Shown: positions 1 to 11,700 of the stretch, piece after piece
Numbering within the stretch: position 1 is the first letter of the stretch
Layout: each line of letters opens with the position of its first letter
NCBI GenBank assembly: GCA_027364845.1
Contig: DAHXOO010000002.1
Coordinates: 76,422-140,421, forward strand
Source: Pseudomonadota bacterium
Lineage (GTDB): Bacteria > Pseudomonadota > Gammaproteobacteria > Acidiferrobacterales > UBA6901
DNA length: 64,000 nt
Direction: 5' to 3'
Translations under genes and position numbers: made by a program
Notes under the pieces: generated by a model
Told to the model about the DNA's origin: nothing
What the model saw: only the letters and a program-made list of their open reading frames with translations
Database searches by the model: none

Positions 1-495
1 GGCGAATAGAATCTTCGGTTTTGGCGCAAATGCGCGGGCAATCGCCACACGCTGCTGCTCGCCGCCGGACAGCTGGTTGGGGTAGTGACGCAAACGATTC
101 GCTAGGCCGACGCGCGCGAGAACCTCCCGTGCCGTGCGCCCCGCTGCCGGGCTACCGACTAGCTCCAACGGAAGCATGACGTTTTCCAGAGCGGTAAGAG
201 CAGGCAGCAGCTGGAATGACTGGAACACGAAACCCACACGTCCGGCACGTAGCCGCGCGCGCCCATCCTCGTCGAGCGTGTCCAGATCGACACCGTCCAG
301 CACAACGCGTCCGGCGCTTGGCGCATCGAGTCCTGCGAGCAGACCCAGCAAGGTCGACTTTCCTGATCCGGATGCACCAACTATGGCGCAGGCTTCGCCC
401 GCGGCGACTGCCAGGTCGACCTCATCGAGCAGCGTCAGTGTTCCCTCGGGGCTCGCCACACGCTTGCAGAGCTTTTGCGCCTGCACCATGTACAT
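1..495 (-). CDS. ABC transporter ATP-binding protein (YbbA/LolD-like); N-terminal ~165 codons only, 3' end runs off the window
   Basis: Absent from the ORF track because it is truncated. Reverse-strand translation from ATG at 495 (alt 489) reads [13 protein letters not shown]...[25 protein letters not shown] (Walker A). Near 40-95 it reads [16 protein letters not shown] (ABC signature). It is divergent from a tesA-like gene. Confidence 0.8.
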   Translation of the reverse strand, partial: MYMVQAQKLCKRVASPEGTLTLLDEVDLAVAAGEACAIVGASGSGKSTLLGLLAGLDAPSAGRVVLDGVDLDTLDEDGRARLRAGRVGFVFQSFQLLPALTALENVMLPLELVGSPAAGRTAREVLARVGLANRLRHYPNQLSGGEQQRVAIARAFAPKPKILFA

Positions 496-509
496 GATGT
501 AATGTCCCC

Positions 510-1157
510 GTGACGAAACGAGTCCTGTTCTTGGCATTGCTACTGTTTGCCGGCAATGCCGTGGCCGCGGCACCGGTCATACTGATTCTGGGCGACAGCC
601 TGAGCGCAGGTTACGGCATAGTTCTGAGCTCTGGCTGGCCCACCCTGCTCCAGCAGCGACTCGAACACCAAGGCTATCCCTACCATGTAGTGAATGCCAG
701 CATCAGCGGCGATACGACCAGCAGCGGGCGCCAACGCCTTCCTGCGACGCTGACGCGCCACCGCCCCCGGATCGTCATCATTGAGCTCGGGGCCAATGAC
801 GGTCTGCGCGGGCTACCGCTGACAGAGATGCGCGCCAACCTGTCGGCGATGATCGCTATGGCGCTTCATCACGGAGCACGGGTGCTTCTGGTCGGCATGT
901 ACCTCCCGACCAATTACGGCCAGGCCTACACGGAAAAATTCCACCAGGTCTATCCGGATCTTGCGCGAGAATATCACGTGCCGCTGGTTCCGTTCTTGCT
1001 CCAAGGGGTGGCTTTGCAACCGCGACTGATACAGCCGGATGGGCTGCATCCACGCGCGGCCGGGGAACCACAGGTGCTCGCCAACGTCTGGCGCGTGCTG
1101 AAGCCGATGCTGCGTGCTCCGTCCACGCCTGCGGCACGAGCGGCCGGGGCCAGATAG
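510..1157 (+). CDS. tesA: SGNH/GDSL hydrolase, TesA-like arylesterase / acyl-CoA thioesterase I (secreted)
   Basis: Signal peptide [18 protein letters not shown] blocks [17 protein letters not shown] and DGLHP are present. GTG start. Confidence 0.85.
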   Translation: MTKRVLFLALLLFAGNAVAAAPVILILGDSLSAGYGIVLSSGWPTLLQQRLEHQGYPYHVVNASISGDTTSSGRQRLPATLTRHRPRIVIIELGANDGLRGLPLTEMRANLSAMIAMALHHGARVLLVGMYLPTNYGQAYTEKFHQVYPDLAREYHVPLVPFLLQGVALQPRLIQPDGLHPRAAGEPQVLANVWRVLKPMLRAPSTPAARAAGAR

Positions 1158-1380
1158 GGATTACCGGCTCACGCGCCGATCACAGAATATCATCCGCGAT
1201 GCGTACCGCCAGATGCCGCTCGCGACAGGTCTGGAAGACAGCAAGTGGGTCGGCGCGATGGGCTGCGCACGAGCATCGCGGTAATCCTGTATCAGCTTGA
1301 GCGGCTCGCCACCTTGCATGGCCCCGGGGTGCACCACCCAGTCGACGCACTCGATTGGGCGCATCCAGCCATGCAGCAAT

Positions 1381-2448
1381 TCAGCGCAGCTTTGCCCGTT
1401 CGTACTGCACCGGCCATGGCAGGTCGAAACCGAGGGCGCGGGCGGCGTGCAGCGGCCAATACGGATCGCGCAGCAGCTGGCGAGCAAGCAATACGGCGTC
1501 GGCAAGGCCGGTCGCGACGATCTGCTCGGCCTGAAACGGCTCGGTGACGAATCCCACGGCGCCCGTGGCGATTTCCGCGTCGTTCCGGATCGCGGTTGCG
1601 AACGGAACCTGGAATCCCGGACCTGGCGCGATGCGTGCGTCGGGAATGACTCCGCCGCTGGAGCAATCGATGAGGTCAATACCCAACGCTTTCAGCCGGC
1701 GCGCTAGCTGCACCGACTGCACGAGGTCCCAGCCGCCTTCGACCCAGTCCGTTGCGGAAATACGCACGAACACCGGCAGGTCCTGAGGCCAAACCTCGCG
1801 CACCACGCGCGCGAGACGGAGCGGAAACCGCCACCGGGTTTCCAGGCTGCCTCCGTACTCGTCAGCGCGACGGTTGCTGAGCGGTGACAGGAATTCATGC
1901 AGCAGGTAGCCGTGCGCCATGTGAATCTCGGCCACCCTGAAGCCGGCGTCAAGGCTGCGGCGCGCCGCATCCGCAAATTCCTCGACCACGCGGTCGATGT
2001 CCGCACCACCGAGTGCAGCAGGAACCGGAGAGTCCGGAGCAAACGACGACGGGCTCGGCGCAAGCGGCTGCCATCCTCCCTCGCTGGCAAGGACCGGATG
2101 ACCACCGCGCCACGGCACATTGGTAGATGCCTTGCGTCCAGCATGCGCCAGCTGGATTGCGGGCACCGCCCCACAATCACTGATGAAGCGCGTGATGGGC
2201 GCCAATGCCCCGGCATGCGCATCAGACCAGATCCCGAGATCCTGCGGCGAAATGCGGCCGGCTTGGCTCACCGCAGCCGCCTCGCTCATTACCAGGGCGG
2301 CGCCGCCGACGGCACGGCTGCCGAGATGCACCAGATGCCAGGAAGTGGCGAGTCCACCTGGCGCTGAGTACTGGCACATAGGGGAAACAAAGATGCGGTT
2401 CTTGAACTCCAGTCCGCGCAGTTTCAAAGGCGAGAACAACCGGCTCAT
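1381..2448 (-). CDS. NADH:flavin oxidoreductase, Old Yellow Enzyme family (YqjM/NamA-like)
   Basis: 355 aa. Motifs NRIFVSPMCQYSA and HMAHGYLLHEFLSPLSNRRADEYGGSLE are typical of OYE TIM-barrel flavoenzymes. Confidence 0.9.
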   Translation of the reverse strand: MSRLFSPLKLRGLEFKNRIFVSPMCQYSAPGGLATSWHLVHLGSRAVGGAALVMSEAAAVSQAGRISPQDLGIWSDAHAGALAPITRFISDCGAVPAIQLAHAGRKASTNVPWRGGHPVLASEGGWQPLAPSPSSFAPDSPVPAALGGADIDRVVEEFADAARRSLDAGFRVAEIHMAHGYLLHEFLSPLSNRRADEYGGSLETRWRFPLRLARVVREVWPQDLPVFVRISATDWVEGGWDLVQSVQLARRLKALGIDLIDCSSGGVIPDARIAPGPGFQVPFATAIRNDAEIATGAVGFVTEPFQAEQIVATGLADAVLLARQLLRDPYWPLHAARALGFDLPWPVQYERAKLR

Positions 2449-2577
2449 CGCAAACGCTCCGTAAGGAAACCGCTATGTCGGCTGGCGCGCCGCCTGCCGG
2501 TAGCGAAATTTCAGCAGCTTTGGCATGACAGCGCAATGGCGAAGTCGCCGGCGGATGCCGTACAATCCAGGCGAACC

Positions 2578-3516
2578 ATGAACGCCAAATCCCGAGTGCA
2601 ATCCGCGACCGTGCGCGAGCTGGTCCTGTGGGGCGAACAGCGGCTGCGCGAAGCCGGCATTGCATTCGGCCACGGCACCGACAACGCTCTCGACGAAGCG
2701 GCGTGGCTGGTGGGAACAACCGTTGGCGTTACGCCGGTCGATCTTGACAGCCAGCTGGACCGGCCTGTGAATACGTCGCAGCTAGCCGCAGTGCGGCAGA
2801 TCATAAAAAGGCGCATTGATACACGCAAGCCCGCCGCATATCTCCTGCGCGAAGCCTGGTTCGCGGGCCTACGGTTCTACATAGACGAACGAGTCATCGT
2901 GCCGCGCTCTCTGATCGGAGAATTTGTCCTGGATGAATTTCAGCCGTGGATCGACAAGCAGCGCGTGCGCCACGTACTCGATCTATGCACCGGCAGCGGC
3001 TGCATCGCCGTTGCAGTGGCGAGGATTTTTCAGCAAGCGCAGGTGGATGCGGCGGATATCTCAGCGGAGGCACTCGAGGTGGCGCGGATTAACGTCGCGG
3101 CTCATGAGCTGGAAACACGTGTGCGGCTGGTTCGATCGGACCTGTTCAGCGCGCTTGCCGGCGAGCATTACAACCTCATCGTGAGCAATCCGCCATATGT
3201 TGCGGCCGACGAGATGGCGGCGCTGCCGGCCGAGTATCACCACGAACCGAAACTGGCGCTCGCCTCGGGAATGGATGGCCTGGAGGCGGTTACGCGCATC
3301 CTTGCGCAGGCGCAGGATCACCTAGCGCCCGGGGGAATTCTTGTCGTAGAGGTCGGCAATAGCCGCGACGCACTGGAACAGCGATTCCCGCACGTGCCCT
3401 TCGTATGGCTATCCACGCGCAGCGGCGATGAAAGCGTTTTCCTTCTGGACTGCGCCGAACTTGCGCGCCAGCGCGCCACCTTGCAGGAAGCCTTCAATAT
3501 CCCCGACTGCAGGTAA
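2578..3516 (+). CDS. prmB: 50S ribosomal protein L3 glutamine N5-methyltransferase PrmB
   Basis: GHGTDNALDEAAWLV N-terminal block, SAM-binding LDLCTGSGCIA and catalytic NPPY (VSNPPYV). ATG at 2578 gives an E. coli-like length; the ORF track starts at 2536. Confidence 0.85.
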   Translation: MNAKSRVQSATVRELVLWGEQRLREAGIAFGHGTDNALDEAAWLVGTTVGVTPVDLDSQLDRPVNTSQLAAVRQIIKRRIDTRKPAAYLLREAWFAGLRFYIDERVIVPRSLIGEFVLDEFQPWIDKQRVRHVLDLCTGSGCIAVAVARIFQQAQVDAADISAEALEVARINVAAHELETRVRLVRSDLFSALAGEHYNLIVSNPPYVAADEMAALPAEYHHEPKLALASGMDGLEAVTRILAQAQDHLAPGGILVVEVGNSRDALEQRFPHVPFVWLSTRSGDESVFLLDCAELARQRATLQEAFNIPDCR

Positions 3517-3572
3517 GTGGGTTCGGTGCCTGCCCGGCGATGATTGTGGACGTTGCCGTCGAGTGACCGCGG

Positions 3573-5300
3573 CTAACGACACAGATCCTGGCGGCGATAC
3601 ATTTCCTCGATCTCCCTGGCAAAGCGCTCCTCGACCTTGCTCCGGCGCAGCTTGAGTGTCGGCGTAAGCAGATCATTCTCTACCGTCCAAGGTTCGGCGA
3701 TGCGCACGATATGACATATCCGCGCGTAACCCGGGAAAGCCCGCAACTGGATGTTGGCGCGCTGGCACAGGGCGCGCTCGTCATCGAGCCTGCTAACGAC
3801 CAGAAGACCAAGATGCGCGCGGCCTTCGCCCACCACCATCACCTGCTGGAAGACCGGATCGAGCATTATCGCCTGCTCAGCATCAGCCGGCGGGACTTTT
3901 TCTCCGTTGCTGAGCACGATGATCTCCTTGGCACGCCCGACAATGTAAATTCGCCCGCCCTCGATGCGTACCACATCACCGGTGTGCAACCAGCCTTCGG
4001 CGTCGATCATGGCGTCTGTCGCTACCGGGTTATTCCAGTAACCGAGCATCACTCCCGGGCCGCGCACCAACAGCTCGCCGTCGTCCAGAGTCCTGATCTC
4101 GACTCCGGTGAGCGGTCGCCCGACCGAGGCAGGATCGTTATCCCCGAGGCGGTTGCAGCTCACCACAGGTGAAAACTCGGTGAGTCCATATCCTTGCAAC
4201 AGGGGCAGCCCAAGCCCAAGAAAGGTGCGCGACAGCTGCGGTGCAAGCGCCGCGGCGCCGGACACGATCAGGCGCATGCGCCCGCCCAACCGCCGGCGCA
4301 GCTTGCGCGCAACAAGCGCATCGAGCAGAGGCCAAAGGAATCTGTCGCCCCACCGCGCCTGTCCGGCAAACCGCCTCCACCCGACATCGATCGCCTGTTC
4401 CAACAGGCGCCGGCGCCAGCACCCGAGCGGCAGGTTTTCGTACATGCGCGCATAGATGCGTTCGAATATGCGCGGCACGCACACCAGGATCGTTGGGCGT
4501 TGACTCAGCAGATCCTGCGAGAGCTCCGAGATGCTGCGCGCAAAAACGGTGCGGGCGCCGACGCACATGCACAGGTAATAACCCACGGTGCGCTCGAACA
4601 TGTGCGAAAGTGGCAGAAAAGACAGAAACAGATCATCGGCGTTCACGTCTGGCACCGCATCCAGACCGGCGCTGACGTTGCTCACGATATTGCGGTGGCT
4701 CAGCATCACACCCTTGGGGCGGCCGGTGGTGCCCGATGTGTACACCAGCGTCGCCAGATCCGCGGCACGTGCAGGACCGGCATCCAGGGCTTCACCTTGT
4801 GCCGGCAGCCATCCGGACACGGCCACTGCGATCGCGTCACCCACGGGCACGTCGTTGATGCAGATCACGCGCGCAAGCGCCGGAATCTGCCCGCGCAGCC
4901 CGCTCCAGAGCGACCCATCCTCGAGCAGGAGCAGCCGCACACCGGCGTCATTCATGCACCAGGCCATGTTGTCCGGCCTGTCGTTGTAGAACAACGGTAC
5001 CACGACCAGCCCGAGGCTGAGCGCCGCCTGATCAAAGAGAATCCATTCGATCCGGTTCCGCATACAAAGCGCCACACGATCCCCCGGCTTGAGACCCTCG
5101 TTGCGCAGCGCCGCGCGCCAGCATCCCGTCTCGCGTCCCGCTTCTGCCCAGTCGATGTCCTGCCATCGGCCGCGATGCACGTCCTGGGGGGCGCTGGGAT
5201 CTGCGTGAAACTGGCGGTAGGCCAGTTTGCTCGGCGTATTCTGGATACGGGCCAGGAACAACTGCGGCAGGGTTGTCTGTTCAGTAATCGGGACCCGCAT
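3573..5300 (-). CDS. Acyl-CoA synthetase / long-chain-fatty-acid--CoA ligase (FadD/FadK-like, AMP-forming)
   Basis: AMP-binding signature YTSGTTGRPKGVMLSHRN plus LLQGYGLTE and GWLHTGD. ATG at 5300 is preceded by GGAG; the track uses TTG at 5306. It starts 2 nt after the upstream gene's stop. Confidence 0.9.
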   Translation of the reverse strand: MRVPITEQTTLPQLFLARIQNTPSKLAYRQFHADPSAPQDVHRGRWQDIDWAEAGRETGCWRAALRNEGLKPGDRVALCMRNRIEWILFDQAALSLGLVVVPLFYNDRPDNMAWCMNDAGVRLLLLEDGSLWSGLRGQIPALARVICINDVPVGDAIAVAVSGWLPAQGEALDAGPARAADLATLVYTSGTTGRPKGVMLSHRNIVSNVSAGLDAVPDVNADDLFLSFLPLSHMFERTVGYYLCMCVGARTVFARSISELSQDLLSQRPTILVCVPRIFERIYARMYENLPLGCWRRRLLEQAIDVGWRRFAGQARWGDRFLWPLLDALVARKLRRRLGGRMRLIVSGAAALAPQLSRTFLGLGLPLLQGYGLTEFSPVVSCNRLGDNDPASVGRPLTGVEIRTLDDGELLVRGPGVMLGYWNNPVATDAMIDAEGWLHTGDVVRIEGGRIYIVGRAKEIIVLSNGEKVPPADAEQAIMLDPVFQQVMVVGEGRAHLGLLVVSRLDDERALCQRANIQLRAFPGYARICHIVRIAEPWTVENDLLTPTLKLRRSKVEERFAREIEEMYRRQDLCR

Positions 5301-5302
5301 GG

Positions 5303-7348
5303 TCAACTCCGCGGAACAGTATGATGTGTCAACAGATCCGACCTAGCCCATGCCTCATCGGGCTCGAAGCGCGGGCCATATTCCTGCGCCAACCGCCTGA
5401 GACTACTGGCAATGCCGACCTCCCCCAGGGCCTCGGCATAGCGCATGGGTCCGCCCAGATAGGGCGCAAACCCTGTCCCGAAGACCATTCCGACGTCAAC
5501 GGAATCAGGGTCATCGACCACGCCTTCACGAAGGCAGGCGGCCGCTTCGTTCAACATACGCAGGATCAGCCGCTCGATAACAGGTGTATCGGTATGCCCA
5601 CGGACCGCGCGGTGGCGAGGCCTGCCGGATCTGTCGAAGACATAGAAGCCGCGCCCCGACTTTTTTCCAAGATCACCGCGCTCGACGGCCTCACGCAGGC
5701 GATCCGGTACCGAAATGCCGAGTGGCCCGGAAAGCATTTCCGCCACTGACAGGCAGATATCCAGACCCACTGTGTCGGCCAGCAGCACCGGGCCCATGGG
5801 CATTCCAAAGCGCGTCGCCGCCTGATCGATCTGCTCGATCGGAATCCCTTCCTGCGCCAGGGTCATCGCCTCGATGAGATACGGCATCAGCACGCGATTA
5901 ACCAGGAATCCCGGGCTGCTCCGGACATCGAGAGGAAGGCGCTCGATTGCGACGGTAAAAGCCCGGGCACGCTCCAGAGCGGAGTCGCTGGTTTGCTTCC
6001 CGCGTACAATCTCGACGAGCTGCATTTGCGCCACCGGATTGAAGAAGTGCAGCCCGACGAGACGTGACGGATCTTTGAGCGCCTCACCCAGCACCTCCAG
6101 AGGGATGCTCGAGGTATTGGTTGCAAGCAGGGCACCCGGACGCACTATGCTTTCGATGGTCCGAAATAGCCCGCGTTTAACGTCCGCATTCTCGACTATG
6201 GCCTCGATGACAAGATCGGCCCGGCGCAGGCCGTTACCACCCGCGTCCGGCATCAATCGATCCATCGCATTTTGAATTGCTACCGGCTTTTTGAGTTTCT
6301 TTCTGTAGAATCCGTAGGCTTTCTTGACAGTGCGCGCGAGCGCCTCCGGCTGCTGGTCCTGCAGGCTCACACGGAAACCCTTGAACGCGGCCCAGATGGC
6401 TATATCCGCACCCATGGTACCGGCGCCGATTACGTGGAGGTGCGCGATGCCATGCGGGTTGCGGCGCCCGTTGCGCTTCAACTCCTCACCAAGCAGAAAG
6501 ATGCTTACCAGGTTGCGGCTGGTGCGCCCAACAAGCAGCTCTCCCAGCGATAGCGCTTCCTCCTCCTGCGAGGCAGCCCGACGCCACAGATCGAGCACCC
6601 GGTACGGGGCCGGATAATGGTCAGGGTTCGCCTTTTTATGCAGTTGCCGCTGCAGCAGGCGAAAAACCGGCTGGCGCAGGAATGGCCACGACGGTGCGCG
6701 CTTCCACCAGGTGGCGCGCCTGCGGTGCGGGTGGCGAGCAATGAACGCGTGCGCGGCATTCAACAGATGGCGCTCCGGCACGGTTTCGTCTACAAGCCCC
6801 AGCGCAAATGCCTGGCGCGCGCTCACCGTGCGACCGGTTAGCATGAGATCGAGCGCCGCTAGATCGCCGATCAGGGGCGGCAACCGCACGCTTCCGGCGA
6901 AACCTGGATGAATACCCAGCCGCACTTCGGGTAACCCCAGCCGCGTAGCCTCATCCTCGCGCGCAATTCGATAGGTGCAGGCCAGAGCCAGTTCCAGGCC
7001 CCCGCCCAGACAATTGCCGTGAATCAGCGCTACACTGGGAAACGGCAATCCTGCAAGCCGGTTGAATACGGTCTGGCCAGCGCGCGCGAGGGCAGCGGCT
7101 TGCGTCGAGTCGACGATCTTCTGGAACTCGTTAACATCCGCGCCCACGATGAAGCCGTTGACCTTCGCTGAACGAATGACCAGGCCCTGGAGTGGACGGC
7201 TTTCAATCTGCCCGAGGATGCGGTCGAATTCTTCCAACACCGTGGAAGACAACGCGTTTGCGCGCTGTCCGGCCACGTCGAGTGTCAGCACGATGGTTTC
7301 GTCGGCTTCCTCCATACGCCAGTTGACAACGTCGATGTCCACGCTCAT
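5303..7348 (-). CDS. Fatty-acid oxidation multifunctional enzyme alpha subunit (enoyl-CoA hydratase / 3-hydroxyacyl-CoA dehydrogenase, FadJ/FadB-like)
   Basis: N-terminal crotonase fold followed by the NAD-binding HVIGAGTMGADIAIWAA. Start MSVDIDVV at 7348 makes an ATGA overlap with the thiolase stop; the track start at 7405 is probably an over-extension. Confidence 0.9.
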   Translation of the reverse strand: MSVDIDVVNWRMEEADETIVLTLDVAGQRANALSSTVLEEFDRILGQIESRPLQGLVIRSAKVNGFIVGADVNEFQKIVDSTQAAALARAGQTVFNRLAGLPFPSVALIHGNCLGGGLELALACTYRIAREDEATRLGLPEVRLGIHPGFAGSVRLPPLIGDLAALDLMLTGRTVSARQAFALGLVDETVPERHLLNAAHAFIARHPHRRRATWWKRAPSWPFLRQPVFRLLQRQLHKKANPDHYPAPYRVLDLWRRAASQEEEALSLGELLVGRTSRNLVSIFLLGEELKRNGRRNPHGIAHLHVIGAGTMGADIAIWAAFKGFRVSLQDQQPEALARTVKKAYGFYRKKLKKPVAIQNAMDRLMPDAGGNGLRRADLVIEAIVENADVKRGLFRTIESIVRPGALLATNTSSIPLEVLGEALKDPSRLVGLHFFNPVAQMQLVEIVRGKQTSDSALERARAFTVAIERLPLDVRSSPGFLVNRVLMPYLIEAMTLAQEGIPIEQIDQAATRFGMPMGPVLLADTVGLDICLSVAEMLSGPLGISVPDRLREAVERGDLGKKSGRGFYVFDRSGRPRHRAVRGHTDTPVIERLILRMLNEAAACLREGVVDDPDSVDVGMVFGTGFAPYLGGPMRYAEALGEVGIASSLRRLAQEYGPRFEPDEAWARSDLLTHHTVPRS

Positions 7349-8643
7349 GCCGGTTCTCCTTCCACACGCACCAGCATCGCGCCACCCTGACCGCCGCCGA
7401 TGCAAAGGGTTGCGACACCAAGCCCTCCTCCGTGGCGGCGCAGCGAGCGCAGCAGATGTAAGACGATGCGTGCGCCGCTTGCCCCGACGGGATGGCCGAT
7501 CGCGACCGCACCGCCTTCGGTGTTCAGACGCGCCGGCTCCATGGGGCCGAGCGGGACGTCGAGATCGAGTTCGTCGCGGGCATATTCAGCGCTCGCCCAT
7601 GCTGCCTGGCAGGCAAGCACCTGTGCGGCAAATGCCTCGTTGAGTTCCATCTGCCGGATATCCTCCATGCTAAGCTCGAACCGGGCTAGCAATTTCGCCA
7701 CAGCATGCACCGGCCCGAGGCCCATCTGACTGGGATCGACACCAGCCCAATCTTCGCCGAGCAGCTCGCCCAGCACCGGCAGACTGTAGCGCTCCACGGC
7801 GGTTTCGCTCGCCAGTATTAGCATCGCCGCTCCGTCGGTCACCTGCGAGCTGTTGCCCGAGGTCACCACACCGTACTTCCGGTCGAACACTGGCCTGAGT
7901 TTGGCGAGCTGGTTCATGTCGGTATCCCTGCGCAAACCGCTGTCCTCCTGGTGGATGCGGCCGCGGGTATCGTATAGCGGCTCGATCTCATCGCGCATCT
8001 GCCCGGCGTCATAGGCTGCCGACAGGCGCTGATGACTGGCGAGCGCATAGGTATCCTGTTCAGCGCGCGTAATACCGAAGCGATGCGCAACAATCTCCGC
8101 GGTCTGGCCCATATTCAGCTTTACCAGCGGGTCGGTCAGTCCCAACAGCAACGTGTATACCGGCACCAGATGCGACAACCGGAAGGCGGCTATCGCGCGA
8201 AGGCGCGCAATCGGATTGCGGGCACGCAGTACTCCGGCAAGCCAGCCGGTCATGGCGGTATTCCACTGGATCGGCGCGCGGCTCATCGCTTCGGTGCCAC
8301 CAGCGAGAATTAGATGCGCGTGACCCTGGGCAATCCGCTCGCGCGCGCTTGCCAACGCCTGCAGCCCGGAAGCACAGTTGCGCTGGACCGTAAAGGCTGG
8401 GACGGCTTTACCGCAGCCGAGGCGCAGCCCGATGATGCGTGCAACATTCGCCTCGTCCGGCGCCGGAATCACACAGCCCACGATAACTTCGTCTATTTGC
8501 TCCGGAGCAAATGGCGCACGCGCCAGCAGCGGGCGGGCGGCGGCTACCGCCAGGTCAGCAGCACTGAACTCGTTTGGCTGGCCGCGCGCCTTGAGAAACG
8601 GCGTGCGTGCACCATCGACGACGTAAACCTTTGCATCTGACAT
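7345..8643 (-). CDS. 3-ketoacyl-CoA thiolase (acetyl-CoA C-acyltransferase, FadI-like with lid insertion)
   Basis: Active-site RNCASGLQAL and C-terminal CIGGGQGGAMLV. Strong SD (AGGAGG) upstream of ATG at 8643. Thiolase placed before the multifunctional enzyme matches fadIJ order. Confidence 0.9.
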   Translation of the reverse strand: MSDAKVYVVDGARTPFLKARGQPNEFSAADLAVAAARPLLARAPFAPEQIDEVIVGCVIPAPDEANVARIIGLRLGCGKAVPAFTVQRNCASGLQALASARERIAQGHAHLILAGGTEAMSRAPIQWNTAMTGWLAGVLRARNPIARLRAIAAFRLSHLVPVYTLLLGLTDPLVKLNMGQTAEIVAHRFGITRAEQDTYALASHQRLSAAYDAGQMRDEIEPLYDTRGRIHQEDSGLRRDTDMNQLAKLRPVFDRKYGVVTSGNSSQVTDGAAMLILASETAVERYSLPVLGELLGEDWAGVDPSQMGLGPVHAVAKLLARFELSMEDIRQMELNEAFAAQVLACQAAWASAEYARDELDLDVPLGPMEPARLNTEGGAVAIGHPVGASGARIVLHLLRSLRRHGGGLGVATLCIGGGQGGAMLVRVEGEPA

Positions 8644-8798
8644 TGCTGCCTCCTAATCGACTGCAGTGGCGGAAAGCCGTTGCACCACCCTGTCTGCCTC
8701 AATCCTACCCGGGAAACAGCCGGGGCCAGAAACCACGGAATGTGCGCGGCCCGGTGCTGCGCTCCGGCAGTGCGCCAGCGGGCATCCATGCCTGTCAT

Positions 8799-11700
8799 CT
8801 AGACGCTCTGTACAGCAGCATCGGCCGTCAAGGATCGCACCAGTGCCGGCACCCACTCCAAGAGGTCGCCGACACAGCAGATTACATGCGGTCCCGGATT
8901 CTGACGCGACCAACTGAAGATCGGTGCATCCGGATCGCGATTGATGGCAACCACTACGGCACCCCGATCGATCCAACCCATATGCTGCGGTGCCCCGGAA
9001 ACGCCCAGTGCCAACAGCAGCGTCGGCGCCACCGGGACGCCAGTCTGGCCGATCTGGCGGTCGGTCGGCAGAAGCTTGAGCTCCTGCGTTACCTTGCGTG
9101 TTGCCCCGAGCTCCACGGCCGTACCGCTAAGACGTTCGAGCGCCACACATAGCGGCGGAACCAGCTCTTTGTATGTCGACTGGTTTGCAATGCCGAGTCC
9201 CACGTCCACAATGATCTTCGCCGCCGCCAGGCCACCAATCGCAGCGGCGGAATGCGCCCGAGCGCGCACCAGGGCCGAACTTCGCAGGCGCGCAACCGGC
9301 AGCATCGTGACAAGGATCGGCGTGGATGCCGGGGCGGCCAGTTCCACTTTTGGACCGGCACGGTTTATGATCAGCAGCGCGGCGCGCGGCAGCGGGTAAT
9401 CCGCCTCGTAACCGTCATGGGAACAGGTCACCGCATCGGGCGTTACCCTGATGACTTCGTCAAACAGCGGTATTCCAAGGCGTGCTGCCAGCACCGCCCC
9501 GAGTGCACGGTGTTCCGCGCCCAACACGATGCGTTGGGGCACACCGATATGTGCCGCCAGCACGTCAGCCAAAGCCCCCCACAGCACTTCGCCCTGTACC
9601 GGCAGCTGCCATAGCCCGGCAAATCCCGGCTGGGCCAGCACAAACGAACCCGGCGATGGCGTCTGACCGACCCGATGCCAAGTGAGTACGCCAAATCCCG
9701 CACCGAGTACAACGAGTGCCCGCAGTGCCGGTGCCCGGCTGGCGCCGGTCAGCATGTCCGCCGAAGTCAGCCACAGATTAGGGCCGGCGAGTGGTACCTG
9801 TGCGGGCCGCATCGCCGCCGGCTTATCGGCGATAGCAGCCGTACCGAACCGGCCTTTGATCCAGGTGGCCAGCTCGTCGGCGTCGTCGAAGCGCCGCGGC
9901 AAATCGCCGGCCGGCAGTGGGGACAGTGGTCGTACTGCTGCTGCCAACAGCTGCGCGCTGATTTCGCTGCCTTTTAGTTCTGTGCGCAGCACCGCCAGCC
10001 AATCGCGCACACCGTAGTGCCCGGTGCGACCGTTGGGCTTCAAATCCCAGACAAATGCGGTACGACGTTGGTCGGCGATGAACCACCGCTTCCAGGATGC
10101 ATCCTCCATCCACAGGCCGCGCGCGACAGCACCTACGGCAGTCGCGCCCTCAACGAGATCGATGCCGAGCAGCCGCCCCATGTTGGCAACAAAGCCGTGA
10201 TCGCGCACGCTGGATGCGGCACATCCGAAGGCCCAGCGCCGCACCTGCGGCCAGGCGTGCATAATAGCCTGCGCGGCACCGGCCATGTCGGCGGCACCGG
10301 CCGGCTGAGCGAGGTGCAGAACCTCTGCGCCTGCCGCCTGCAGGCAACGCAACGGGTCGTCGATACCGTGCGGCGCGATTGCGGCGACTTTCACCTGCAG
10401 CGCCGGAAACCGGTCCGACCAGCACAGCAGGCGATCCAAGACCGCAAGATCCGCCGGATTCCACCCGACCCAATCGAGTCCACGCGCACCGGATTCGAAG
10501 CGGCTGCGCAGCACGACAGCCCACTCTCCACCCAGCCCGCCCACTGCCACCGGGCCGTCATCCGCTGGCGCCGGCGCGGCCAGTGCCACGCGCGCTAGTG
10601 TCAGGGCAGCCTCACTGGGATCCTCCTCACCGCGCTCGGCCCGCTCGAAATCCGCGCACACCATTCGGGCCACATCCTGCACATGCTGCGTGATGCTGAC
10701 TTCGCTCGCACGCAGGCGCGCGATATTCTCGCGGTCCACAGGGTCACCGTGAAAATCAAGCAGGCGGATGCGCTCGTGCAGCGCCGACCAGCTGTAAAGC
10801 TCGGCCGCCCAGTCGACCACGGGGAACCAGCGCGCCTGAAAGTCCGGATTCTGCCAAACCGCGGAACCGAGTCGCGCGACACGCACCGCAACGAAGTCGC
10901 GGAATGTCTGCAGCGCGGCATCGAGCTGCGCATTGTCCACAACCGGAGTGGCCTGCTCGCGCAGTAGGTTCGGCAGATCCTTGAGCACGAGAAAGCGCTG
11001 GACCTCGTTTGTCCCTTCGTAGATGTTCAGGATGCGTATATCGCGCCGCCATTTTTCCAGCATCACCTCGCGTGCGGCTGCCATCGGTCCATAGAGCTTC
11101 TCAAGCCAGCCGAGAATACGGTGCGCACCTTCGGAAGCGAGGTACTTTGAAAACGCCGCCTCGATGCGAAAGTCTCCACGCTGCAGGTTGGACCGGTCCA
11201 TCAGGCCCATCAGACGCGCGGCCAACGTTTGCAGCCGGTCACACTCTGCCTGGGCCGCAGCGTGCAGTATCGGATCCTTCTGCCACACCGGCAAAAACTC
11301 GTGCAGCACGCGCTCAGCAAGAGTGGCACAGCTCATGACGAGACCACCACGCCCCACGCTCAGCGTCTCGAGTGCGTTCACCTGCCCATGGCCCGCGAAG
11401 CCGATCACCTGATCGGCGCCCACGCGCACCCGGTCCAGAGTCAATTCGTTGGTCGGCGAGGCGCGTTGGCCGAGCTTGTTCTCGTTCGGCCCGATGCGCA
11501 GGCCTTCGGAACGGCGCTCGAGCATGAAACCGGTTTCGCCGAGCGCGGTCTGCGCGTACAAGCAGTAACGATCCGCGACCGATCCGTTGGTGATCCACAT
11601 CTTGTTTCCAGACAGTTCCCAGTAGCGATAGAAGGTCTTGCCATTCGTGACGACAACGGTGCCTATGTCGTCATAGGGATAGGCGTGCTCGCCGACGCAA

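Noticed and set aside
4194-5324. 376-aa plus-strand ORF antisense to the acyl-CoA synthetase
   Set aside because: This is a shadow ORF; the minus strand has the AMP-binding signature.
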